This document shows, one piece after another, positions 7,646 to 17,199 of a stretch of 27,908 nt of DNA (position 1 is the first letter of the stretch; each line of letters opens with the position of its first letter). The position numbers were made by a program, and so were the translations under genes. Location: NCBI GenBank assembly GCA_964408735.1, contig CAYPAX010000063.1, positions 1-27,908 on the forward strand, read 5' to 3'. The notes below the pieces were generated by a model. It was not told the origin of the DNA. It worked only from the letters and a program-made list of their open reading frames with translations, and made no database searches. The DNA is from an uncultured Rhodospirillaceae bacterium. Its GTDB lineage: Bacteria > Pseudomonadota > Alphaproteobacteria > UBA7887.

Positions 7646-9909
7646 CGGAGTCCGCGCAACGCCGCTCGATCTCCCTCGATGATCTGCTCAAGAGCAGCAA
7701 GGAGCAGTTCGATACGATCTTCGCCAGCCAGATGCGCGAGATCGGCCTGGTTGCCGCCGAGCGCCGTCCGCCCACCGCTGAGGATATCGCCTCCGCCAGC
7801 ATGCCCGCCGGCAATGGTGAGGCCGATGTCGGCGACCGGCTCAACGCCCAGTTCGGCGATGCCTGGACCTTCGAGGTGGTCGAGCACAAGAGCGAGCGCG
7901 GCTCGGTGACGGTGCTTTGCAAGCTCATCGTCAATGGCGCGTCGAAAATGCAGTTCGGCGCCGCGCGCATCAACGGCGATCCGGGTGCGGCGCTGCAGCG
8001 GGCGACGGATGATGCGCTGATCAAATGCGCCGCGCTGTTCGGCGAAGCGATGGAAGCCCCGCCACAGCAGGCGAAGCCGACCAGCACACCGGTATCGATG
8101 CCCGCGCGCCCGGCTGCCGCGCCCGGCAATCGCGGCCTCGACACCATCACCCTCGATCTCATCGAGAACGCGCTGCGCAATGCGCGCCACGAAATGGATG
8201 CAGTACTATTCCGCTCCGCCATGTCGCCGGTGATCCGCGAGCAGCACGACGAGTTCCCCATGATCACCGACGCCAAGGGGCGCATGATCGTCGGCCAGTT
8301 CGGCTCCTACGTCTCGGAGATGCTGCGCGAGCAGAACATGGACCTGCATCCCGGCGATATCATTTTGCAAAGCGATCCCTACAAGTGCGGCGGCGCCATC
8401 AGCCACATCAACGACTGGATGGTGCTAGTGCCGATCTTCCACGAGGGCGAAGTGGTCGGCTTCAGCTCCATGTTCGGCCACATGATGGATGTCGGCGGGC
8501 CGGTACCCGGCAGCATGCCGACGGCGGCCAGCTCGGTGTTCGGCGAAGGCATCAAGATTCCACCTCTCAAGGTCTACGAGAAGGGCGAGCCCAACAAAGC
8601 CGTGCTCGACCTCTTGATGAACAACACCCGCACCCCGGAGATGAACTACAGCGACCTGATGGCGATCATCGCCGGCAGCCGCGCCGGCGAGCGCCGGGTC
8701 ATCGAGATTTGCGACCGCTTCGGCCGCGAGACCTACAAGCAGGCTTGCGAAGCGTTGCTGGAACGCACCAACCGCGCCATGCGTCAGCTCATCGTGCAGA
8801 ACCTGCCCGAAGAGCCGCAATCTTTCGAGGACTACGTGGACGACGACGGCCTCGGCAACGGCCCCTTCAAGATGAAGCTCACGGTCTGGCGCGAGGGCGA
8901 GCACGCCTATTTCGATTGGACCGGCACGTCCGAGCAGGCGCCGGGGCCGATCAACTTCTATCTCCACGACGGCATGTTCAAGATGTTCATCGGCGTTTAC
9001 ATGATCATGGTCTTCGACCCGCAGATCCTCTTCAACGACGGCTTCTACGACCTCATCCATGTGACCCTGCCCAAGGGCTCGCTGGTGCATCCCAATTTCC
9101 CGGCCGCTCTGGGCTGCCGTACACACGCCCTGGCGCGCCAGTTCGACGTGCTCGGCGGCGCGCTCAGCAAGAAGGCGCCGGAGATGGCCACCGCCGCCGG
9201 CTATGGCTCCAGCCCGCACTTCCTCTATTCGGGCGTCGACGGGGAAGGCCAACCTTTCCAGCTCATGGAAATTCTCTATGGCGGCATTCCCGGTCGCCCC
9301 ATCGGCGACGGCATGGATGGCCATTCCTGGTGGCCGCTGTTCGAGAACATTCCTGCCGAGTATCTGGAGAGCTACTACCCGATGCTAATAGATGGCTATA
9401 CCACCATCGCCGACAGCGGCGGCGCCGGCCTCCATCGTGGCGGTAACGGTGTCGAGAAGATCTATCTGCTGCGGTCGGAGGGCGAAATATCAATCCATGA
9501 CGACAGGCACTTGACACAGCCCTGGGGTATCCTCGGCGGCAGGCCGGGGGCGTGTTCGGAAAAGTGGCTGCTGCGTGCCGACGGCTCGCGTGAGGCGCTG
9601 CCGTCCAAGATCGACAACGTCAAGGTCCGCGACGGCGACCGCGTCATCTTCCGCACCGCCGGTGGTGGCGGTTGGGGGAACCCGCTGGAGCGGGAGCCCC
9701 AGCAAGTGCGTGCCGATGTCGCGCGGCGGCTGGTCAGTCGCGAGGCCGCGCGCGAAAATTACGGCGTCGTGCTCAGCGCGGACGGTAGCAGCCTGGATAG
9801 TGCTGCCACCCGCGATTTGCGTGAGAGCATGAAGCGTGGCCGCAAGGAGGCGCCGGTGTTCGATTTCGGCGAGCGGCCATCGGCCAACGCCGCTGCGCGA
9901 ACGAGCTGA
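7642..9909 (+). CDS. hyuB: Hydantoinase B / oxoprolinase-family subunit B with a ~160-aa N-terminal extension (recurrent Rad52-like domain plus Pro-rich linker)
   Basis: The HyuB core starts around ITLDLIENALRNARHEMD and continues with typical HyuB blocks (DWMVLVPIFHEGEVVGF, GGGWGNPLEREP). The N-terminal ~160 aa are absent from canonical ~580-aa HyuB proteins. Confidence 0.9.
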   Translation: MTESAQRRSISLDDLLKSSKEQFDTIFASQMREIGLVAAERRPPTAEDIASASMPAGNGEADVGDRLNAQFGDAWTFEVVEHKSERGSVTVLCKLIVNGASKMQFGAARINGDPGAALQRATDDALIKCAALFGEAMEAPPQQAKPTSTPVSMPARPAAAPGNRGLDTITLDLIENALRNARHEMDAVLFRSAMSPVIREQHDEFPMITDAKGRMIVGQFGSYVSEMLREQNMDLHPGDIILQSDPYKCGGAISHINDWMVLVPIFHEGEVVGFSSMFGHMMDVGGPVPGSMPTAASSVFGEGIKIPPLKVYEKGEPNKAVLDLLMNNTRTPEMNYSDLMAIIAGSRAGERRVIEICDRFGRETYKQACEALLERTNRAMRQLIVQNLPEEPQSFEDYVDDDGLGNGPFKMKLTVWREGEHAYFDWTGTSEQAPGPINFYLHDGMFKMFIGVYMIMVFDPQILFNDGFYDLIHVTLPKGSLVHPNFPAALGCRTHALARQFDVLGGALSKKAPEMATAAGYGSSPHFLYSGVDGEGQPFQLMEILYGGIPGRPIGDGMDGHSWWPLFENIPAEYLESYYPMLIDGYTTIADSGGAGLHRGGNGVEKIYLLRSEGEISIHDDRHLTQPWGILGGRPGACSEKWLLRADGSREALPSKIDNVKVRDGDRVIFRTAGGGGWGNPLEREPQQVRADVARRLVSREAARENYGVVLSADGSSLDSAATRDLRESMKRGRKEAPVFDFGERPSANAAARTS

Positions 9910-9957
9910 GGGGGCAAGACATGATTTCGAAGAGAGTAGGCAATAGGTGCTGGGGCA

Positions 9958-12750
9958 ATGCTTGAGCTAGGCGTCACGATCTTCATCATCGCGGTGGTCG
10001 TCATCGCGATCGTCTACATCATCTCGATCTGGATCTACAAGAGGGCGCCCGCCAATATGGGCTTCATCCGGACGGGCTTCCTCGGCACCAAGGTGTGTGT
10101 CGGGCAGGGCGCGGTGGTGCTGCCGGTGTTCCACGAGATCACCTGGGTATCGCTTGAGACTATCAAGCTTATCGTCAGCCGCGCGCGCGACCAGGCGGTA
10201 CTGACCTCGGACAAGATCCGTGTCGATGTCATCGTCGAGCTCTATGCCCATGTCGGGCGCACCGAGGACGACGTGCTGGTCGCCAGCCGCAGCCTCGGCG
10301 ACAAGACCTTCGATCCCGATCGCGTGCGCAGTCTGCTCGAAGCCAAGATCGTTAGCGCCTTGCGCAGCCATGCCGCAACGAAGACCTTGAGCGAGCTGCA
10401 CGAGAACCGCGAGGATTTCGCCAAGGCGATCAAGGGAAGCGCCATCGAGAGCTTCCAGGCCAATGGCCTGACGCTTGAAGAAGCGACCATCGTTACCCTG
10501 GAGCAGGCCGGCAAGGAATATTTCAAGACCGACAATATCTTCGATGCCGAAGGCCTGAAGATCATCACCGCGGTCACCTCCGACGCCAAGCGCAAGGTGC
10601 ACGAGACGGAGAAGCGGACCACGGTCGCCATCCGCCAGAAGGACCTCGACACCCAGCTCGAGCTGTTGGAGATCGAACGCAAGGAGGCTTTCGCCCGGGC
10701 CGGCCAGGACAAGGACGTCTCAAACGAGCAGGCGCTGCAGCTTGGACAGAAGCAGGTCTATGTGCTCGACCAGCGCATGTCGGTCGAGCAGCGCGAGATC
10801 GAGAACGAGAAAGAGCTCGAACGCATGCGCACCGAGCGCGACGTGGCCGTCACGGAAGAGGCGCAGAAACGCCAGACCAGCGAAATCCGTATGGAGCGGG
10901 CGCTGGAGGCCGAGCGCCGTGAGAAGGAGATCGCGCTCATCGCCAAGGCCAAGGAAGAGGAGCTTGCCGACGTCGAGCGCAAGCTGGAATTGGAAAAGGC
11001 CGAGCGCGACCGCCAGATTGCGCTGATCGCCAAGGCCGAGCAGGAGGAGCTTGCCGATATCGGTCGCGACCTGGCCCGCCAGCAGGCCGAGAAAGACCGC
11101 GAGATCGAGATGCTGTTCAAGGAGCAGGAGCGGCAACGCGCAGACATTCAGCGCATCACGGCGGTTACGGCAGAGGAGGAGGCGGCGCGCAAGGCCCGCC
11201 ACGCCGCGGCCGAGGACGCCGCTCTCGACATGCGCAAACGCAGCCTGGAAACGCGGCTCGCGGTTCTCGATATCGACAAGGACGAGGCGGTCGCCACTAC
11301 CCAGCAGGAGCGCGAGGTCTCGGACGAGAAGGCCCGGGTGCTGGCCGAGAAGCAACGCTTCATCATCGAGCAGCGCTGGGCCGTGCAGCAGGAGGAGATC
11401 ACCAAGGAGGAGGCGCTTGAGAGGGCGCGCATCGCCAAGGAGACGGCCGTCATCGAAGAGTCGAAGCAGCGCGAGGCCGCCGAAGTTCGCCGTGCGCTCG
11501 CCCGCGAGCAGGAAGAGCGCGACCGTGAGATAGCGCTTGTCGGCAAGGCCGAGGAACTGGAAGCGGCGAAACGCGACCGCGAGATTGCCTTGGTCGCCAA
11601 GGACGAGGCTTTGCGCATCGCCGAGGAGCGTCAGGCCAAGGCCGTCGCCCTTGAGGAGCGCGAGCGCGAGATTGCCATCATTCAGAAGGAGCAGGAACGC
11701 GAGAAGGCTGACATCCAGCGCTTTCTGGCCCGCGAGCAGGAGGAGCGCGACCGCGAGATCGCTCTGGTGCGCAAGACCCGCGAGCTGGAGAGCGCCGAGG
11801 TCGAGCGCCTGGCGACCACGGCGGAGAAGGAGCGCGCCGAACATGAGGTCGAGTCCGTGCGCGTGGTCGCCGACGAAGAGCGCGCAAAGGTTATCGAGGT
11901 GCTGGCGGCGGAAAAGCTTGCCGAGGCCCAGCGTGTCGAGGAGGAGGCCAAGGCGCAAATCTCCAGCATGCACATGCTTAGTCAATCCACGGCGCGTAAG
12001 GAAGCGGCGGCGGAGGAGGCCGAGGCCATTCTTGCCCGGGCCCGCGCCAATAGCGAGGCGCAGCAGATCGGTGCGCTGGGCATCGAGCGCGAGGCCGGCG
12101 CGGCAGGCCGGGCCGAGATGGAGATCGAAGCGCTCAGGGCGGAGAATGCCCGCCGCATGCTGGAAGCCGAGGCCGGCGGCATCGAGGCCAAGGCCGATGC
12201 CCTGAAGAAGTACAACGACGCGGCCACCTTCCTCGAGCTGGCCAAGCTGCATATCGAGGCCGAGCGCGACATCCATATCGACCAGGCCAAGGCCATGGGC
12301 AACGCCCTGCAGAACGCCCAGATCCGCATGTATGGCGGCGGCGGTGGCGACGACGGCACCATCGATACCCTGCGCGGCCTGTTCACCCGCGGCTTCGGTC
12401 TCGGCGAGGTGCTGGAGGGCGTTGCCCAGTCGCTGCCGGAAGGCCTGCGCGAGCGCTTCGCCGCCAACGGCATTCGCGGCCTTTTCGGCCGGCCCTATCC
12501 GGGTGGCTCGCTGACCCAGGCCTACGCCCAGCTGGAAGTGCTGGTGGGCAAGGCCATGCGGTCGAAGAAAGCCCGCGAGATCCCGGTCGCAGAAGCCATG
12601 CCCAAGCTGGTCGAGGCGGCGGGCGAGGACGAGGCGGGGCTGGCCGCGGTGGCCATGTTGCGCGAATTCAACCAGCAGGGCGCTTTCGACGACGTGGCCT
12701 TCGAGACCGTATGGTCCTTGTTGCAGGCCGCGGCCGCCAAGCTCGATTGA
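9958..12750 (+). CDS. Flotillin-family / SPFH (band-7) membrane protein (YqiK-like) with a greatly expanded coiled-coil repeat region (930 aa)
   Basis: An N-terminal TM helix is followed by an SPFH core (YKRAPANMGFIRTGFLGTKVCVGQGAVVLPVFHEITWVSLETIKL...SELHENREDF) and then ~600 aa of E/R/A/K-rich heptad repeats (REIALIAKA..EELA repeated). Confidence 0.85.
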   Translation: MLELGVTIFIIAVVVIAIVYIISIWIYKRAPANMGFIRTGFLGTKVCVGQGAVVLPVFHEITWVSLETIKLIVSRARDQAVLTSDKIRVDVIVELYAHVGRTEDDVLVASRSLGDKTFDPDRVRSLLEAKIVSALRSHAATKTLSELHENREDFAKAIKGSAIESFQANGLTLEEATIVTLEQAGKEYFKTDNIFDAEGLKIITAVTSDAKRKVHETEKRTTVAIRQKDLDTQLELLEIERKEAFARAGQDKDVSNEQALQLGQKQVYVLDQRMSVEQREIENEKELERMRTERDVAVTEEAQKRQTSEIRMERALEAERREKEIALIAKAKEEELADVERKLELEKAERDRQIALIAKAEQEELADIGRDLARQQAEKDREIEMLFKEQERQRADIQRITAVTAEEEAARKARHAAAEDAALDMRKRSLETRLAVLDIDKDEAVATTQQEREVSDEKARVLAEKQRFIIEQRWAVQQEEITKEEALERARIAKETAVIEESKQREAAEVRRALAREQEERDREIALVGKAEELEAAKRDREIALVAKDEALRIAEERQAKAVALEEREREIAIIQKEQEREKADIQRFLAREQEERDREIALVRKTRELESAEVERLATTAEKERAEHEVESVRVVADEERAKVIEVLAAEKLAEAQRVEEEAKAQISSMHMLSQSTARKEAAAEEAEAILARARANSEAQQIGALGIEREAGAAGRAEMEIEALRAENARRMLEAEAGGIEAKADALKKYNDAATFLELAKLHIEAERDIHIDQAKAMGNALQNAQIRMYGGGGGDDGTIDTLRGLFTRGFGLGEVLEGVAQSLPEGLRERFAANGIRGLFGRPYPGGSLTQAYAQLEVLVGKAMRSKKAREIPVAEAMPKLVEAAGEDEAGLAAVAMLREFNQQGAFDDVAFETVWSLLQAAAAKLD

Positions 12751-12757
12751 GTCCGGC

Positions 12758-13849
12758 GTGGCCGACTACGACGTCGTCCTGGAGCATGTCGACAAGACGT
12801 TCGACGGTTCCGTTCGCGCTGTCATCGACTTCAATGCCGAGATCAAGCGCGGCGAGTTCGTTGCCATGCTCGGCCCCTCGGGCTGCGGCAAGACCACGAC
12901 GCTGCGCATGATCGGCGGCCTGGAAGAGGTCACCTCGGGGCGGATTTTCATCGCCGGAAAGGACGTCACCGACCTGCCGCCGTCTCACCGCGACACCTCG
13001 ATGATGTTCCAGAGCTTCGCGCTGTTTCCCCATCGCACGGTCTTCCAGAACGTGGAATTCAGCCTCAAGATGCAGGGTCGCAGCCGCGACGAGCGCGCCA
13101 AGCCGGTCTGGGACATGCTGGAGATGGTCGGCCTGGCGGAGCTTGCTTCCCGCCGCCCGCACGACCTTTCAGGCGGTCAGCAGCAGCGCGTGGCCCTGGC
13201 GCGGGCGCTGATCAGCGGCCCCACAGTGCTGCTGTTGGATGAGCCGCTGGGCTCGCTCGACTACAACCTGCGCCAGTCGATGATCGTCGAGCTGAAGAAA
13301 ATTCAGCGCGAGCTCAACCTGACCTTCATCATGGTCACCCATTCCCAGGAAGAGGCCATGTCCATGGCCGACAAGGTCATCGTGATGAGCGACGCACTGA
13401 TCCAGCAGACCGGCACCTCGCGCCAGATCTATGAGACCCCGCGTACCCGCTTCGTCGCCGAGTTCATCGGCAACAACAACATCTTCGCCGGCACCATCCG
13501 CTCGCAAAGCGGCTCGGTGGTCTTCGTCGAGGCGGGCGAGGCGCTCTATTACGTGCCGGTGCCCGAGCACATGCGCCGCGTCGCGGTCGGCAGCGAGGTC
13601 TCCTTTTCGGTGCGCGCCGATGTCATGCATACGGGCGAGCATCCCGACATGGCCAACCGGGTCGAGGGCCGCTACATCGCCACCGAGTTCAAAGGCTCGC
13701 TGGAGACCGACGTCTTCGAGCTCGAACCCGGTCACTTCGTCCATGTCGAGCAGCACCGCAGCGCCTCCGACCGCATCTACGACATGGGCGAGCGCGAGAC
13801 CATCTGCTGGTCCTCCGAGGTTGGCGTCCTGCTCGATCAGATCGGCTGA
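12758..13849 (+). CDS. ABC transporter ATP-binding protein, PotA-like (spermidine/putrescine-type importer ATPase)
   Basis: Walker A GPSGCGKTT, signature LSGGQQQRVALARAL, Walker B LLLDEPLGSLD, and a C-terminal TOBE-like domain. GTG start lies 7 nt after the flotillin stop. Confidence 0.85.
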   Translation: MADYDVVLEHVDKTFDGSVRAVIDFNAEIKRGEFVAMLGPSGCGKTTTLRMIGGLEEVTSGRIFIAGKDVTDLPPSHRDTSMMFQSFALFPHRTVFQNVEFSLKMQGRSRDERAKPVWDMLEMVGLAELASRRPHDLSGGQQQRVALARALISGPTVLLLDEPLGSLDYNLRQSMIVELKKIQRELNLTFIMVTHSQEEAMSMADKVIVMSDALIQQTGTSRQIYETPRTRFVAEFIGNNNIFAGTIRSQSGSVVFVEAGEALYYVPVPEHMRRVAVGSEVSFSVRADVMHTGEHPDMANRVEGRYIATEFKGSLETDVFELEPGHFVHVEQHRSASDRIYDMGERETICWSSEVGVLLDQIG

Positions 13850-13852
13850 CGC

Positions 13853-14680
13853 TCAGCGCATTCGGCGATAAAGAATGCTGTAGATGGCCAGGAACAGGCC
13901 GATCATGCAGAGCGAAAACAGCGTCGAGGCAGTGCCGAGCGCGAACAGGGTCGGGCGGATGCGCTGGGTCATCGAGGCGTTGATGTCGAGCGGGAGGGTG
14001 TTGAACTCGCCGGCCAGCAAGGTGGTGCGGGCGAATTCGTCATAGGACAGGGTGAAGCCGAACAGGCCCGCCGCCACCACGCCGGGGATGATCAGCGGCA
14101 AAGTGATCTCCTTGAACACCGTCCATTCGTCGGCACCCATATCGCGGGCCGCCTCCTCCAGGCTTTCGTCGAAACGGTTGAACACCGCCATCATCACCAG
14201 GAAGCCGAAGGGCAGGGTCCAGACCACGTGCACGCCGAGCGCCGAGGAGTACCAGGCAGGCGGAATGCCGATCTGCTTGAGCAGCGTTGCAAGGCCCAGG
14301 CTGAGCAGGATGCCGGGCACCATCAGCCCCGCCAGCACGGTATAGAACAGCAGCCCCGAGCCCCGGAATTTCTTGCGGAAGGCCATCGCCAGCATGGTCG
14401 AGAACAGCGCCGTCAGCACCATCACGATCAGCGCCAGTATCAGCGACCGCCCCATGGCACCCTGCAGGTCGCCCACCGTAGAAGGCTCGATGAGCTTCTT
14501 CCACCAATGCAGGCTGACGCCTCGCATAGGGAAGCTGGTGCCGCCGCGCTCGCCCTGGAAGGAGAGGATGAACATGGCGATCATGGGGCCGTAGATGAAC
14601 ACCAGGAAGATGCCGTAATAGGCGCTGAACCCGGTCTTGATCCAGGCCTTGCGGCGTCGGTCTGGCGTCCAGCGGGCCAT
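13853..14680 (-). CDS. ABC transporter permease, PotC-like
   Basis: A 6-TM permease with an EAA-like loop (EEAARDMGADEWTVFKEITLP). Its start abuts the upstream permease stop. Confidence 0.85.
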   Translation of the reverse strand: MARWTPDRRRKAWIKTGFSAYYGIFLVFIYGPMIAMFILSFQGERGGTSFPMRGVSLHWWKKLIEPSTVGDLQGAMGRSLILALIVMVLTALFSTMLAMAFRKKFRGSGLLFYTVLAGLMVPGILLSLGLATLLKQIGIPPAWYSSALGVHVVWTLPFGFLVMMAVFNRFDESLEEAARDMGADEWTVFKEITLPLIIPGVVAAGLFGFTLSYDEFARTTLLAGEFNTLPLDINASMTQRIRPTLFALGTASTLFSLCMIGLFLAIYSILYRRMR

Positions 14681-15658
14681 CTAGAGCTCTTTCCGGATGT
14701 TGACGAGGCGCAGGATGATGACGACGCCCATCATCATAGCCAGCATCAGCATCAGCGCGTTGACCGCCGCAAAGGGGTAGTTGGCAATGGCGTAATAGTT
14801 GAGGATCACGGTGCCCGTCGTCGTGGTCTTGCCGCCATAAACGACGACCGCGGTGGCGAACTCGCCCATCAGCATGACGAAAATGAAGATCATGCCGATG
14901 GCGACGCCGGGCAGGGACAGCGGGCCTATGATCTCGCGGAAGATCTGCAACGGCGTCGCGCCCATGTCGCGGGCTGCCTCCAGGATCGACTTGTCGATCT
15001 TGGCCAGGGAGAAGAACATCGGGCCGACGCAGAGCACCACATAGAGCTGCACCAGCGCCATGATGTAGCCGAACTCGGAATAGAGCAGGAAGGTGGCGGG
15101 CTTCTCGATGATGCCGAAGTCGACCAGGGCCCTGTTGAGCAGGCCGCGCCGTCCCAGCATAGGCAGCCAGGCGACGGCTCGGATCAGATAGCTGGTCCAG
15201 AACGGCACCATGGCCAGCAGGAACAGCGCCATCTGAAACTTGAACGACTTCACCTGCATGGCCAGGAAGTAGGCGATCGGATACCCCACCACCAGGCACA
15301 AAGCCATGACCATGACTGTGAACTGGAAGGTGCTGCCGAGGGTGCGCAGAAACACCGTCGGGCGCCAATAGTTGCGGGATTCGGGATCGAAGAAGCCTTC
15401 GGCGAGGAAATATTCGCCATAGTACTGTCCCGTCCAATCCGGCACCATGCCGTAGCCGGTGGCGGTCCAGAAACTGAAGATGATGATGCTGACCAGGGGC
15501 AGCACCAGGAAGATCAGCAGCCACAGCGTGGCTGGCGCTATCAGCCAGCCGACCCGAAAGCCGGCCTCGCGGCGGATCTTGACGCGCGCGACGACATCCT
15601 CGGGCGCTGCCGGCTGAGTGCCGATCAGCCCGCTATGCCTGGTCTCCGCTTGTGTCAT
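14681..15658 (-). CDS. ABC transporter permease, PotB-like
   Basis: A multi-TM permease with an EAA motif region (LEAARDMGATPLQIFREI), immediately upstream of the PotC-like gene. Confidence 0.85.
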   Translation of the reverse strand: MTQAETRHSGLIGTQPAAPEDVVARVKIRREAGFRVGWLIAPATLWLLIFLVLPLVSIIIFSFWTATGYGMVPDWTGQYYGEYFLAEGFFDPESRNYWRPTVFLRTLGSTFQFTVMVMALCLVVGYPIAYFLAMQVKSFKFQMALFLLAMVPFWTSYLIRAVAWLPMLGRRGLLNRALVDFGIIEKPATFLLYSEFGYIMALVQLYVVLCVGPMFFSLAKIDKSILEAARDMGATPLQIFREIIGPLSLPGVAIGMIFIFVMLMGEFATAVVVYGGKTTTTGTVILNYYAIANYPFAAVNALMLMLAMMMGVVIILRLVNIRKEL

Positions 15659-15723
15659 CTATGCCGGTTGTCCGGACAGGCGGCAGGCGTGACCACAGGC
15701 CACGCCTACCGGTCTCCGCTTAC

Positions 15724-17013
15724 TTAGGCGCTGAGGAATTCGGTCCAGCGCTTCACCAGATAGTCGTTCTCGTCCATCAGCGAGTTCCACACCGCGATGT
15801 TGCGGAAGCGGTCTTCGTAGGAGCCGCCGTCGCGGACCTCGCCTTCGGGCACGATGATGGTGCCGAAGGGATCCGGCAATTCGGTCGCTGCCGGCTTGCC
15901 CATGTACCAGTAATCCCACTCGTTGGGTTCCAGGTACTTCTGCACGTTCTCGGGCACCGACATGTAGTAGCCCTGACGCGCCACGAAAGCGCCGGCCCAG
16001 CCACTGAGCCACCAGTTGATGTACTCGTAGGCCTGGTCCAGGGCGGCACCCGAGGCATTGGCCGAGATCGCCAGGCCACCGTGCCAGCCGCGCATGCCTT
16101 CCTTGGGCGAGGCATAGACGCAAGGCACGCCCTCGGCCTTGATGGCGGTGACCGCCGGCGACCACATGCTCTCGATCACCACCTCGCCGCTGACCATCAG
16201 GTTGACCGACTGGCCGAAGGTCTCCCAGAACGCCCGGAAGTGGCCTTCCTGCTTTTTCTCAATCAGGAAATTGATAAGGAAATCAATTTCCTCTCGCGTC
16301 ATGTTACCCTTATCTCCGAAGGTCTTGAGTCCCAAGGCCTCGACCCCCAGCGCGGCGTCCATGACACCGATCTGCGGCACGTTGAGAAGTGCCACGGCGC
16401 CGGCGAAATCCTCGCTGAACATCTCTGCCCAACTGTCGATCACGCGGCCCGTATCGTCCGGGTTGTAGCCCATGGAATCGGCGTTGTGCCAACCGGGCAC
16501 CATAGAGACGTAACGCGACTGGCCATCGGCGCGGTTGCCGTCAGCGTCGAGCCAGATCTGGCGGAACGGCGCGTCGCCTTGGCCGGGATTGGAATCGGCG
16601 GTCAAGCGCCCGGTCTTGCAAAGGTCGGTCACCTTGTCCCAGTCGGTGATGCGCTGGGTGTCGATCGGCTGCCAGACCTTGGACGGGATGAACACGTCCA
16701 TGTCGTTGAAGTAGCCCTCGGCGACCTCGTACTGGTCGTTTTGGTTCAGCATCTTGCCGAACATGGCGCCATAGCCGAGCGCCTGGCCGCGCACGTCGAA
16801 GCCGAGATCCTCCGAGGCCTTGCTCTGGATCTCGTTGATCACGCTGACGCCGAGCCCGACGGTACGCACCGGGTCGGCTGCCCGGACAATGGCCGGAAAG
16901 CCGGTGATCGTGCCCGCGGCAACAGCCGCTCCGGCGGTGGTGCCGAGAAACTTGCGGCGGCTCAGGCCCGTCGATGTCTTGCTTGCGGATGTCCCTCTTG
17001 TCTTGGCCGGCAT
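15724..17013 (-). CDS. Periplasmic substrate-binding protein (PotD/PotF family, extracellular solute-binding family 1) with a Tat signal peptide
   Basis: A twin-arginine motif SRRKFLGTTAGAAVAAG is followed by a solute-binding-protein-like body. It is first in the minus-strand operon SBP-permease-permease. Confidence 0.85.
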   Translation of the reverse strand: MPAKTRGTSASKTSTGLSRRKFLGTTAGAAVAAGTITGFPAIVRAADPVRTVGLGVSVINEIQSKASEDLGFDVRGQALGYGAMFGKMLNQNDQYEVAEGYFNDMDVFIPSKVWQPIDTQRITDWDKVTDLCKTGRLTADSNPGQGDAPFRQIWLDADGNRADGQSRYVSMVPGWHNADSMGYNPDDTGRVIDSWAEMFSEDFAGAVALLNVPQIGVMDAALGVEALGLKTFGDKGNMTREEIDFLINFLIEKKQEGHFRAFWETFGQSVNLMVSGEVVIESMWSPAVTAIKAEGVPCVYASPKEGMRGWHGGLAISANASGAALDQAYEYINWWLSGWAGAFVARQGYYMSVPENVQKYLEPNEWDYWYMGKPAATELPDPFGTIIVPEGEVRDGGSYEDRFRNIAVWNSLMDENDYLVKRWTEFLSA

Positions 17014-17199
17014 TGCTAGCGTCCTCCCATAAGATTCGCTTTATTGGCGGCGAGACACACTCCCCCCGGCCTGCGACCGGCTCCCCGGGAAGCATGCTAA
17101 CTAACGAAAATTCCTACAAATTCTCGCCAAAACAGGGAATTATAATACAATGACAGAGGCCCGTTTTGAACCGAAAAGCCTGGGCCGGGGGACACGAGC

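Noticed and set aside
9958-12750. 930-aa coiled-coil protein as an SMC-like, ZorA-like or phage tape-measure protein.
   Set aside because: The N-terminus is a single TM plus a clear SPFH/flotillin core. It has no Walker A/B motifs, no MotA-like multi-TM domain and no tape-measure context.
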